Virus record (IMG/VR): IMGVR_UViG_3300023179_009086
Coordinates: 12,607 to 76,606 of that record
Length of the DNA: 64,000 nt
Reading direction: 5' to 3' (one strand)
Source: a virus
Part shown: positions 19,922-31,500 of the stretch, piece after piece
How the letters are laid out: each line of letters begins with the position of its first letter
How positions within the stretch are numbered: position 1 is the first letter of the stretch
Translations under genes and position numbers: made by a program
Notes under the pieces: generated by a model
Seen by the model: only the letters and a program-made list of their open reading frames with translations
What the model was told of the DNA's origin: nothing
The model's database searches: none

Positions 19922-21003
19922 TTTATTAAATTTTCAATTTGTTTTGCAACACTATTCCAATTATATGTTTCTTTTAATATTTCATTATTTAAAAATAATT
20001 TTTGAAATAAATTATTATAATTTTTATAAGCATTAATCATTTCTTGTGCTAAATGATTTACATCGGGCATATAAATTTTTGCACCTTTATTCACTCTCCA
20101 ATATTGATATTTTTCATCAGCTTCTACTTGTTTTACATCAATTAATAAAGAATTTTTATCATTTAAAAAATCTAATTGTCCGGTGCATCTAGGGGCAATA
20201 ATAATTTTATTTAAAAACAAACCTTCTAATAAAGGTAAACCAAATCCTTCTGATGATGAAGCACTAACTACAGCATCACAAACATTATAAAGTGGTACAA
20301 TATCATCAAGAGTATCAATAACAACTTCAACCGTTGGAAGATTTTTACCAAATTTTTTTTGAGCGTTCATTAATTGTTCTAAAAAATAACATTCAAATTT
20401 ATGTTTTGGTTTATTAAGATTAGTTTTTATAACTAAACATACATCATCATCTTCTTTAAAAGCAGAATAATAAGCTTCTAAAATTAAATTTATATTTTTT
20501 CTATAATGTGGTATTGAAATATTTAGAAATTTAAATTTTTTATTATTTTTTAATAAAAATTTATTCTTGTTATTAAGTATAGATAAATCTATACCATGTG
20601 GTATAGTAATACATTTTTTAGAATCCCATCCGTTAGCTATAAAATTTTCTCTAGTCCAATTGCTAGATGGAAAAACATAATCAATATGTTTTAATTCTGA
20701 TATCCATTCTTTAGGTAAAATAGAAGATTCATAATTATAAATTGCTGCTTTTACTTTAGATTTTTTATTAAATCTTGTATTAAAATTTACGGGTAGAGTA
20801 TAAGCAATATCAAGATCTGGAGATGGATGCCATTTTTCCAAATCTTTAATTAAATTATCAGGTATTAATTCTCTTCCGTTAATTGATTTTAAATATAAAT
20901 TATTGCCTCTATTTTTAAAAGCAGTAAGTAACCCTCTCATAGTTACCGCCCAACTATGAGAGGTTCCAAGCATAGTTTCAGACCTTATATTTAAAAAATT
21001 CAT
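19918..21003 (-). CDS. glycosyltransferase, GT4-like
   Basis: IPHGID, HYRKN, SEGFGLPLLEG; paralog-like to 17511..18548. Confidence 0.9.
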   Translation of the reverse strand: MNFLNIRSETMLGTSHSWAVTMRGLLTAFKNRGNNLYLKSINGRELIPDNLIKDLEKWHPSPDLDIAYTLPVNFNTRFNKKSKVKAAIYNYESSILPKEWISELKHIDYVFPSSNWTRENFIANGWDSKKCITIPHGIDLSILNNKNKFLLKNNKKFKFLNISIPHYRKNINLILEAYYSAFKEDDDVCLVIKTNLNKPKHKFECYFLEQLMNAQKKFGKNLPTVEVVIDTLDDIVPLYNVCDAVVSASSSEGFGLPLLEGLFLNKIIIAPRCTGQLDFLNDKNSLLIDVKQVEADEKYQYWRVNKGAKIYMPDVNHLAQEMINAYKNYNNLFQKLFLNNEILKETYNWNSVAKQIENLIK

Positions 21004-21009
21004 AAGGTA

Positions 21010-21016
21010 ATTATAC
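21010..21016 (-). promoter_or_regulatory. putative GTATAAT -10-type promoter heading the glycan island
   Basis: GTATAAT lies 6 nt before the ATG at 21003. GTAWAAT recurs at 7866-7872, 48921-48927, 56599-56605 and 60419-60425. Confidence 0.5.
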
Positions 21017-21030
21017 TAAAAATATTTAAT

Positions 21031-24000
21031 TTAAGCCGAGAAACTACAAGGAAATGGACCTTCAATAAAAACGCCAGTAGAAGTTGAGCCAGTAATAAAG
21101 AAGCAATCATCAGATTCTGATAAAATTACTTCTGGAACGCATTTACCAAGTCCAATTCTAGAAAGATCATTAATATTAATTGTTAAATCATTATTTTTAA
21201 ATCCAGATTTTTTCAAATAAACACCCAGATTTAAAACTGTTCTATTTTCAGTAATAACAGAGTCATATAGTATATTTTTTGTTTGTAATGTTAAAATTCC
21301 AGTAGATGGATCTAAAGTTGATCCTACTTTAAAAATAACTCCAGTTGTAATATCATAATAAATAATATTTAAAGATATTGAGTTTGTAATATTAAACGAA
21401 TTAAGCTCATCAGTTTCTGATGTTAAAAGAAAAGCCTTATAATATCCTGGCAAATGACCAGGAACTGAAAGCATACTTTTGATTGCATCTGTAACATCAA
21501 AACCAATGGTATCTGTTGCAATACCAGATATTGGTGCCAAAGATGAGATAATAGAAGTATTTGTAGATAAAATTAAATCCAAATACTTTGATAAATTATT
21601 TGCATTAATATTTTCATAAGGAATTAATTTAAAATTAGAACTTGTAATATTAAAATCTTGAGATGCAATAAAGTTAATTGTTGCTGATATAACTTCGGTT
21701 TTTGAATTTAAATTTAAAGGAAAATTAAAAGATAATTCATTTAATTTTGGTCCAGCATATCCAATTAAAATTTCAGAAGATGTAATTTCATTTGATACTT
21801 CCTCTTCATATGCTATGATAAAATCATTTGATAAAAAGTAAGTTTTATAAATATAAGAAGAAGAAGTTGTAACACCAGACGCTTCAGTTTTAAATATTAA
21901 ATTAGCAGCACCTTCACCAGGATTGGTAGAAAGTAATTCTCCAATTTTTATATATTCTTGTTCAAGAACTAATGAATTATTATTTTGATAATAGTAATAG
22001 GCAGTAGTAATATCATTAATTCTTCTTATTCTAAAATTAATGCTTTCATCCTCATCTTCTGGTGCAGGAATACTGTAATCAAATGCATAAATTTCAGAAG
22101 AACCATCATTGACAGAGCCGCTCCAGAAAATCTCTACACCATCTCCATTCCCAGACTGCCTCCATCCCAACTTTAAAACCGAGGTTCCACTATATTCATT
22201 ATTCATAGTAACTTGCATATAAGTCTGGATACTTCCTAATAATAATTTTGATGGGTCCCAGGAATTTCTTTTTCCAGTAAAAGAAATTGTAAAATCTCCT
22301 GTTAAATCTGGTTCAGCAATAGGTCTGGTTAATGTTGAATAAGTTGAGGTAGAGGTATTAACATTAATTTCAAAAGAAGAATATGTGGTATAATTATTAA
22401 TTGTAGTATTTCCATCATTAGAATATGATGGCCAAGAAGAAAATCCAGAAGAATATATTTCTGGATAAGAAGAGTTTAAAATAATATCATTACTAGAATA
22501 TGAAACCTCTGTCTCTGTAGTATAGCCATCTGCCGCATATCCATCGACTAAGGCATCTACATAAAGACTGGAAATTGCTTTTGATATTTTAACCCTTCCT
22601 AGTGATAAATCTGTAACACTACCTGAATCGTTGCAGCCGACTAATGTACCATCTGAATATCTCATGGCAGGATATCCTGCTGCAGTATTACAAGTTCCAT
22701 TATAAGATTTTATAAAAGATTCATAAATATTAATTGAACAATCATCAATAGATCCCGGTGGTAGTGGTAATAAAACATTAACATATTCAAAATCACCATG
22801 ATGAGGTACTCCTGGTGCGGAAAGAATATCACCATTAGGTATATATAAATCATTTGGTAAAACTTTTTGATTTTTAATAACTGGTGATTCACTTAATTCA
22901 TTAAAACAAACTTCATTTTCACATAAACAATTTTCTGTTTTAACTTCTAAAACAGCTTGTTCTACAAATCTTCTTAAATCAATAACATTTAATAAATTAT
23001 TAGAAAATAAATTCCCAGCAGATGTAATGGTCCAGTTTTTAAAATCTGCTGGTATATTAACTAATAAATTATTATCAGCAAAAGTATTAACTTCTGTACC
23101 AGAATAAACTATAAGATCAAAAGCAGAGGAACCAATAAAACTTACTGAATTACCATCTAGAGTTGTAACTAAAGCAGAGGCATTTAATCCAGTAAAAGAA
23201 ATTTCTGATATAAAATATTCTCCAGCATCACTTTCAGTTTCTGGAATAACAATTTTATCACCAGCTCTAATAATTCTTGTAGTCTCTTGGGAAATTACAC
23301 TAAAAGAAATAGCGTTAGTAGAGGTAGTGCAAACTCCAGTGTTAGCTATATCTTCAAAAATTAAAGGATAATTATTAACAGAATCAATATTAGAAAGTCC
23401 AATCTCTAAAACTGTAAATTCTTCTGGAATGGAAAAATTGATATACCCATCAATTGCATCCTCTATAATTGAAATATCGCTGCCATCAATTGATCCATCA
23501 TTATTTACATCTGATTTATAAAAATTAATTAAATCAATACTTCCATTTAATATTAAATTTTGAGTTACAGACGAGGTATAAGTATTTCCTGCTAATTCTA
23601 GTACAGAATTAAGGTCCTGATAAGTAATCTTTCCATCGGAATTTAAATCTGCAACATTTTGAACTGAACAAGAAATTGATGAAATTTTATATTGAGATCC
23701 ACAATTGCAACTGGTATCTGGAATAAAAATTCTATTTAAAATTGCTTTAGTTTTAATATCATTAGAAGGATTTATAAAATAAATTTTATCTGGAGTTATT
23801 TGTCCAACATAAGAAAATGTTCCAGAAATATCAGCTGGAGATCTATCATTATTATCTACAACATAACCTAAAATATTTGGATTTAAATCTAAAATAGAAT
23901 TTAATTCACTTTCTAATAGAATAGTAACACTATAAGAATCTAAAATTCTTGTAAAAGTATAATTTCCAGTTCTTGGATGAGCAATTGGTGTAGTAAATTT

Positions 24001-25527
24001 TTCAGATCTATCTAGAATAATATAATTTTTTTCTCCATTTATATTTTTTAATTCTATATCTTTTAATGTAAATGGAATTAAATTATTTCCTATATATTCT
24101 ATATAACTTGGAACTTCAAATTGAACTCCATCCTCAGAGAAAATTTTTCCACTAGCTATTTCTATTGTAGAAGTATGAAGTTCAAACCATAAACTTCTAT
24201 CGGAATCATCAACATATTTATTATTAACTATATCAAATTCTGTAAATAAAGTAGTTTTTAAATCATATTCTTCTTGAATGGTCAGGGCTTGACCATTCTG
24301 TTCTTTTTTATAAGCTTTATCATACCCCTGATACAATCTAATTGTACCTGTTGAGGTGTCTCCAACTCTTTTTATAATAAAACAATAATAAGAGTCTATT
24401 TCAAGGGATGGTTCTAAATTTGGATTTGCAATAAGTGTTGATGAGAAATCAAAATTAACAATAGTAGGAGTTTCTCCTAATTTTATACCCATTGAAATAA
24501 AATCATTATAAGAATAAGATGTCTCAACTAAAGATATTGCTTCTGGGTCAAAATTTATAAGATTTTCTGGAATAGCATCGGTAATACAGTTAGCAGCAGT
24601 AGTTAATTTGTGAATAGAAATAACTAAATTTCCAGAAAATTCTGAAGAAATAGAGGTATCAAGACCCATTAATAAAGATATATTTTGTAAACCATTTGTT
24701 TTGGCTAAAAACTTTTGACCATAAGCAGTAGCAGAACTTTCTCCGGCAGAAAATAATAATATTTCTGCAGGATCTGTTTCATAATAAATTTCACTTGTTG
24801 AAAAAGTTTCATCAAGTGCCTCTGAAAAAATATCTAACAAAGATAGTTCTTCAGAATAAGTTATAAAATTATTTAAATAAAAATTAGGACTTTCTATTTG
24901 AGAAATAGAAAGGGATTTTGGAAAAACTTCTATTGCATCAGATTCATAAATTAAAAGATCAATATTTTGTGATGATAAATAATCATAAGAACTAACAGAA
25001 TTATTGTAAAAAGAACTTCCTAATCCACCACTTAAGTTGTTAAAATATATAGCATATATATATTTATAATAATTAGAAGTTATTTTTTTTAAAGAATCTT
25101 CAAAATTTAAATATTCAGTAACAATTTCACCTCTAGAATCTAGTGGATTATATCTTGATCCTAGAATTATAATTTTTACTGGATAATTATTTTTAATAGT
25201 AGCATTCTTAAGTTCAAAAATAATTCTTTTTCCATATTCAGCATCAGAAGGCTGTCTGTCTAAATAGATTGGTTTACCATCAAATTTTCCGGCACTAATT
25301 ACAAACTTTGAAATATTTTCAGCATAAAAACCTGGATTACTTAATGTAAGAAGTATGCGATTTTCAATTGGATTATCTTTTACTAAACCACTGCCATGAG
25401 CAGAAGCCATATGATTAGATGTTAAACCCCTTAAATGGTTTTGCTCCTGATCTAAATCTGCTTCTGATAACTTTTGTCCATCAAAAAAGTTAACTCTTGG
25501 CACAATTGTTATATTACTTGTTGACAT
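21031..25527 (-). CDS. baseplate/tail-fibre-associated protein with dockerin-like domain
   Basis: N-terminal RVNFFDGQKL...DLDQEQ resembles fibre-attachment segments of contractile tails; duplicated DxNxDG Ca-loops. Start ATG 25527 has GGAGAG upstream. Confidence 0.65.
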   Translation of the reverse strand: MSTSNITIVPRVNFFDGQKLSEADLDQEQNHLRGLTSNHMASAHGSGLVKDNPIENRILLTLSNPGFYAENISKFVISAGKFDGKPIYLDRQPSDAEYGKRIIFELKNATIKNNYPVKIIILGSRYNPLDSRGEIVTEYLNFEDSLKKITSNYYKYIYAIYFNNLSGGLGSSFYNNSVSSYDYLSSQNIDLLIYESDAIEVFPKSLSISQIESPNFYLNNFITYSEELSLLDIFSEALDETFSTSEIYYETDPAEILLFSAGESSATAYGQKFLAKTNGLQNISLLMGLDTSISSEFSGNLVISIHKLTTAANCITDAIPENLINFDPEAISLVETSYSYNDFISMGIKLGETPTIVNFDFSSTLIANPNLEPSLEIDSYYCFIIKRVGDTSTGTIRLYQGYDKAYKKEQNGQALTIQEEYDLKTTLFTEFDIVNNKYVDDSDRSLWFELHTSTIEIASGKIFSEDGVQFEVPSYIEYIGNNLIPFTLKDIELKNINGEKNYIILDRSEKFTTPIAHPRTGNYTFTRILDSYSVTILLESELNSILDLNPNILGYVVDNNDRSPADISGTFSYVGQITPDKIYFINPSNDIKTKAILNRIFIPDTSCNCGSQYKISSISCSVQNVADLNSDGKITYQDLNSVLELAGNTYTSSVTQNLILNGSIDLINFYKSDVNNDGSIDGSDISIIEDAIDGYINFSIPEEFTVLEIGLSNIDSVNNYPLIFEDIANTGVCTTSTNAISFSVISQETTRIIRAGDKIVIPETESDAGEYFISEISFTGLNASALVTTLDGNSVSFIGSSAFDLIVYSGTEVNTFADNNLLVNIPADFKNWTITSAGNLFSNNLLNVIDLRRFVEQAVLEVKTENCLCENEVCFNELSESPVIKNQKVLPNDLYIPNGDILSAPGVPHHGDFEYVNVLLPLPPGSIDDCSINIYESFIKSYNGTCNTAAGYPAMRYSDGTLVGCNDSGSVTDLSLGRVKISKAISSLYVDALVDGYAADGYTTETEVSYSSNDIILNSSYPEIYSSGFSSWPSYSNDGNTTINNYTTYSSFEINVNTSTSTYSTLTRPIAEPDLTGDFTISFTGKRNSWDPSKLLLGSIQTYMQVTMNNEYSGTSVLKLGWRQSGNGDGVEIFWSGSVNDGSSEIYAFDYSIPAPEDEDESINFRIRRINDITTAYYYYQNNNSLVLEQEYIKIGELLSTNPGEGAANLIFKTEASGVTTSSSYIYKTYFLSNDFIIAYEEEVSNEITSSEILIGYAGPKLNELSFNFPLNLNSKTEVISATINFIASQDFNITSSNFKLIPYENINANNLSKYLDLILSTNTSIISSLAPISGIATDTIGFDVTDAIKSMLSVPGHLPGYYKAFLLTSETDELNSFNITNSISLNIIYYDITTGVIFKVGSTLDPSTGILTLQTKNILYDSVITENRTVLNLGVYLKKSGFKNNDLTININDLSRIGLGKCVPEVILSESDDCFFITGSTSTGVFIEGPFPCSFSA

Positions 25528-25585
25528 TAACTCTCCATAGTTTTTCAATAAGATTTTTATTTATTAATAGACTAAATAATTGATA

Positions 25586-28500
25586 TTAGCACGCCTTTCT
25601 TTTAAATTTTACAAGAACGTTAGTATGAGATGGCTTTAATCTATTAACTAAATATACAATTAAATCTTCTATTTCACTAGAGTTAATTTTACCAAAATCA
25701 TCAACAACCTCTATATCAAACTCATAAATACCCCTGATTAAATCTGTTATAGTAACATAATTATTGTTATTTTCAAATATTTCAAAATCATTAATATAAG
25801 ATGTATATAGATCCTCCTTTACTGGAAGTATAGTATTTAAATTAGCACTATAATTTAAATCTAAATAATTTCCAGAAGAATCTTTTATTTGTAATCTATC
25901 ATTTTTACTAATTCTAAAATTATCAATTCTAGATAAACAAGAATTAAATCCATCATATCTAGAACCTATATAAATTTGTTCCAGAGAATCTGTAATAGAA
26001 ATTATTCCATTTAAAACAGAGCTAGAATTAGTTAATCCATCTATAGCTAATTTTAGATAATCATTTCCTGTATTTATCTTCCATGCCGCAGATACTTTAT
26101 GCCAAGAATTTGAGATCCAATCAATAGGTTGATAAACAAAAGATTCAAAATATTTATTAGATATTTTAAAATATATTTTTTGATTTTCAAAATATATTTG
26201 AATTCTAGATTCATTTGAAGATTTTTCAAAATATTTTACAATAACTGGATCATTACTTATTAATTTAGTTTTTAGATAAATAATTTTTCCATCTTTTTTA
26301 AGAGTAGCACCACTAGCAAAATTATTAAAAACTCCAGTTCCACCTTCTAGTCTACCAGAAATTTTAGATCTAAAAATTTCATCATATCTATTAGTTTCAT
26401 AAATTAAAGAATCTTTTTTCTGAGGAAGGGTAATTGAAATAATTTTTTCTGCAGAAGTTGGTAGTTCAATAATACTAGTAGAAGATGGTGTAATAAAAGC
26501 AGTTTTTACATTATATGAATCAAAAATTACTCTTCTTTTATTATCTGTATCAGAAGATAATAATGGACTAATCCAAAATTCTATTGTTCCAATATTTTTA
26601 TCAAAAATATTAGGAGCACTATAAAAAATTGGATTAGTATTATAAAATTTACCAGAATACTTAAAATTATTATTTACGCTATTATAGCCAACAATTAATT
26701 CATTATTGCTTGCATATTTTGCTTCATTAAATAAAGGACCGCCTTCGGCTCTATGAGCTTCTACATAAGTTTCATTAGCAATACTATCAGTATAACCTAA
26801 TTTTTTCATTTCTGAAATAAATTTAATTTTATTATTTATAAAATTAGATAATAATTCTAAATCATTAGCATTTAATTTATATTTAAAATTATCTTTTGTA
26901 TTTAAAAATATTTTATTTCTAAGTCTTCTAATTTGCAAATCAAATGGATCATCAAAATGTGATAAGAAAATTGTTTGTTCATCAAGACAAGGTTTTTTAT
27001 TTGAAATATATTCTTCAGTAATATTTCTTGCAAAAGTACTGGCAGATTGATAACTTCTTATATCTCCAGACATTTCTGTAATAATTTTTACCTCATCTAA
27101 TAATCCACCTAATTTTTTATTACCTAAAATATCAGAACCTAAGAATATTTTTTCTCCAACTCTAGGTAATTTAATTTTTAAATAAGATGGATATTCAAAA
27201 AGATAACTACCAGATGGTAGCTTATACTCTACTTGGCCATTACTACCATAAGTGGTAATGTAGAATACACCATTAGAATATTTATAAATTTCTGCATAAT
27301 CTCCATTATTATTTTCATCTGTAATATTATCAGATTCAAAAATTGAAAATACTAATGGTTCATAATCAATATCTATAAGTTTAAAGTTACCACTAACTTT
27401 AGTTATCTTAGTGTAAAAATTAATTAATTGATATATTTTATTATCAACTATAGAAAGATATTCAGAAGCAAATCCTTCTGAAGTTTCTCCTTCAATATAC
27501 AAATAATTATCATCTGAATAACCATCTTTACAGTAATTAATATTATCTGATTCAAACTTAATAGAAATTAATCTTCCATAATTTAAAATTTGATAAATTG
27601 AACTTGTATCTAGATTATTGTTAATTTCAAATGAAAAAATATTTTCATTTAGCGATCCAGAAGGTATAGTATCATCTAGTAAAATTCTTTTAATTTTAAC
27701 AGATTTTAAATCTATTGGTTTTGACATATTGGTAATAAAACCAGAAACTTCATTTAAATATTCTGGACCTAAAATACTATTACTTGAATAATTTATTTTT
27801 TCAGAAATTTTAGATTTGTTTAAACCAAAATTTTCAATCCAAATATCAAGATCTGATACCTCAATAGAAGGTACCCAATTACAATCTATATCTTGATATA
27901 AAAAGTCTATATTTCCATTGTTTAAATTAATTCTATATTTTGGATTAATAACATTATTTTCTACAATAGAAATTAAATTATTATCAACCGTATAAAGTAC
28001 TCCACCAAGCTCCGTTGTAACTTTCTGGCAGTCTGTTTGATAAATTTCAAACTTAGTGGAAGAAAAAATAGTATTAAGTTGATTTCCAAAAATATTTGGT
28101 GGGCGATAAAATTCTATATTTGTAGCAGATGTTGTAAAATAATATGGTGTTAAATTTTCAATATCTAATAAATAAATAGTCTTATTATCTACAGAACCAA
28201 TAACAAAAGCTTTATTATTTAGTTCAGAAGCTAAATTACCATTTTTAATAATAATTGTTTTTCCAATATCATCATTAGTAAAGGAAGATGATAAGGAATA
28301 AAGATAATTTTCTCCAGCTAAAATTTGACCATCATTATATACTTCATAATAAGAAATTTTAGTTTCAGAAAAATCTTGAATTACATCTCTAGCAATATCT
28401 CCAACTTTTGCGTCTCTCCAGGGTGAAAGATATCCGCCAAATCTATATAATGATGGAGTTTCTTTGCCATCGATAAAAAGGTGCATTTCATCTTGTTGAT

Positions 28501-31500
28501 ATTCTGTATTAATTCTCCAGGAGGCTCCAATGTGATGAAATTCTCCAGGTAAAAAATCTTTAATGTTGGAAGAAATATTGTAAAAATTTTTATCTTTTTT
28601 AAATAAAGAATCATAAATTCTAAAATTTAAATATCCATAAAAATCTTTATATATAGAAATTCTATTTTGATATAAATCTTCTCCAGAATCAAAAATATAT
28701 CTTTCCAGATCAGAAACAAGCACAAGTGTATCAATATCAGATCCGGATTCCATATATCCATAAGCATCAAGATATCCATCTGCTTTATTATAAAATTTAA
28801 AATCAATTAAGTTAGTTTGAATTAATAACTTATCAGTATCTTCTAAATTTGTATCAATTTTACTAGAATTTAAATTTAATTCAATATAATCTATATCAAT
28901 AGATATTTGATTATAAAGATCAATAAAATTATCTGAAACTATATCTTTATCATTAAATTTAATATAAATACCATTTTCTATAATATTATCACAATTATAA
29001 GTATACTGATTAAAGGTAGAATATTTAATTCTTGAAATAATATTATTTTTGTAATAAATTGTAATTAAATTATCATATTTATTTATTACAACTTGTAAAT
29101 TATAAAAATTATTATCTGCCCAATTAAATGGAATTAAGTCTAAAATATCTTTAGAAATACCATCTATAATTGCTAAGTATTTTTGACTTGAACTAGCTGC
29201 AAGTGAAATTTTAATATCTTTATTTCCATCAAAGATTTCTGTAATTGTTGTTCCTATTAAATTACCAGTAATATTTCCTGAGAATTTTCCAGAGTTTGAT
29301 CCAATGATATTGGAATCAAAATCTAAAACTTTAAAAGAAATTTCATATTGTAAATCTTGAATGCAATTTAATGGCAAATAAAGATAACTATTGGAATCTT
29401 CAATATTATTAATTCTATAAACATTTGATATTAAAGATGTATTAAAGTTTCCAACTTTTTTCCAATTATTAATATTATGTTCTGTTCCACCAATAATTGT
29501 ATTAATTAAATCACTTCCAAAATTATAAATTGATTTCCATCCACCATTTTCTAATAAAGATTGTCCGCAAAATCTATATTTTGCATCACAAGAATCTATT
29601 GGACATTCTGAATCATCCAACATAGATTTTGCATATGAAAATCCACCATCTGTGGTAATTTTGCCTTCAATATAATCTTTTAATTCTATTGATTCATATT
29701 CAATATTATAACCATCAAGTGCGTATCCATCTGGACCAATAGATACTATAGATTGATTTGGAATAACTGATTTTATTTTCCAGCTTCCAACATTATTTTC
29801 ATCTACTTTACAATTTTCATCAAACCAAATATATATTGATTTATTATCAGTATTTATATCTGGTATACCATAAACATTTTTGCTATCTTTATTTAATGTA
29901 AAAATAAAATTATTAGGATTACTTTTTCCAGAACCAATATAAATATTGCTTAAACTTAATCCTTCTTCAATTAAATAATTAAATTTAGAAATATTTATTT
30001 TATTTTTTACAACAGGATCTAAACATCCAATAAATATTTTATTATTTAAATCAGAAATTCCATCAATTTCGGAATTTAAATTATATTCTGAATTAAACCA
30101 AGAATTTAAATTTAAGAAATCAAATAATTCAGAATATTGTCCTGCAGACAATAAATCAGAATAAGCAATATTAAAATTATAATTATTTATTTTTAAATTA
30201 ACTTGATTTAATATAGGCTGTCTAAAAATATCTAAATTTAATTCTTCAGATGTAAAATTTACCAAAATTGGTCTAGGATCAAAGTTATATAAATATTCTG
30301 AATTAAATTTTTCTCTAATAATAGAAATAACTGGAGTTAATATAATTCCATTTCCACTTGGTCTAGTTGAATTAATTACTTCACTACCAAGCTGGGTAAT
30401 ATATTGTTGATTATCCGGGATCCTATTAACATAAAATCCATAAATATTTCCATCATCCGGGATAAAATCTATTTCATTTTCATTTATATCAATAAAAGAT
30501 ATTATTGAATAAACTCTACCATCTTCTAAAACATATTTACAGCCATTAATTTTATCATTAAGAATATTAAATTTTTCAGATAAATATGAAATATTTATTT
30601 CTTCTGTTAATGTTATTTTAATTTTATTAAAATTTTCATCTCTAAATAATTCTAAAGAAGAAATATCATCATATGTAATACAGTTACAATTTTTTATAAT
30701 ATATGGACCATCAAAATTGGGTGTCTCATTTTGAGAAATATTTTCATCTTTTATTTTTAAAATATAAATTTTATCTGTTTCAGAATTTATAATTGGAGAT
30801 AAAGCGCCAGCTATTAAAAGTACTTTATTTTCATCTCCTACTGAAAATACAAATGGACTGGAGTAATAAGATAAGAATATTTCCAAACCATCGCCTAGGA
30901 AGCCCCTGGACGACACTGGGAGGCCAGATATAAAACCACCCATACCAAGGGTGGACAACCTCTCTGCTAGCATCCCAGAGTCATTTCTGTAGAAACTAGA
31001 AAGGGAAGCGGATGATCCGGTAAGGGTTGCTGAAAATGAGATGGAGTGTTTTGAAAATTTAGAAGAATTTAATCTATCATGATATTTTGTAATTCCAAAA
31101 GGACCTATTTTTTCTTCATTTTCAATATATTGGTAATTGTAAAGAGATAAATTATTTCCCGTCCAATCAGTGATACCATACCTATCATCTGACATAAATA
31201 ATTCAAAATTTTGATCTTTAAAAATATTAGAATTAAATTTTAAATTAAAATAAATTTCAGCCATTTTTGAAAAATCAAAAGTAAGATTAGCATCATTATT
31301 GATTCCATGCCAATCATTTCTAATCCAACAGCTAAAAGTACCTTCATCTAAATTTATTCCCGTCTTTGCCGGAGTTGTAATAACAACATCATTATCAATT
31401 AAAACTCCAGAATCAAATTTTCCAGATTCAAATTTTAAAATTCCATTATATTCTATATTTCCGGGATTTAATAAATCTCTTCCCAAAATCCATGATCCAA

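Noticed and set aside
3988-21003. Bacterial chromosomal LPS/capsule locus
   Set aside because: No Wzx/Wzy/Wzz, ABC exporter or initiating phosphoglycosyltransferase; flanked seamlessly by phage genes.
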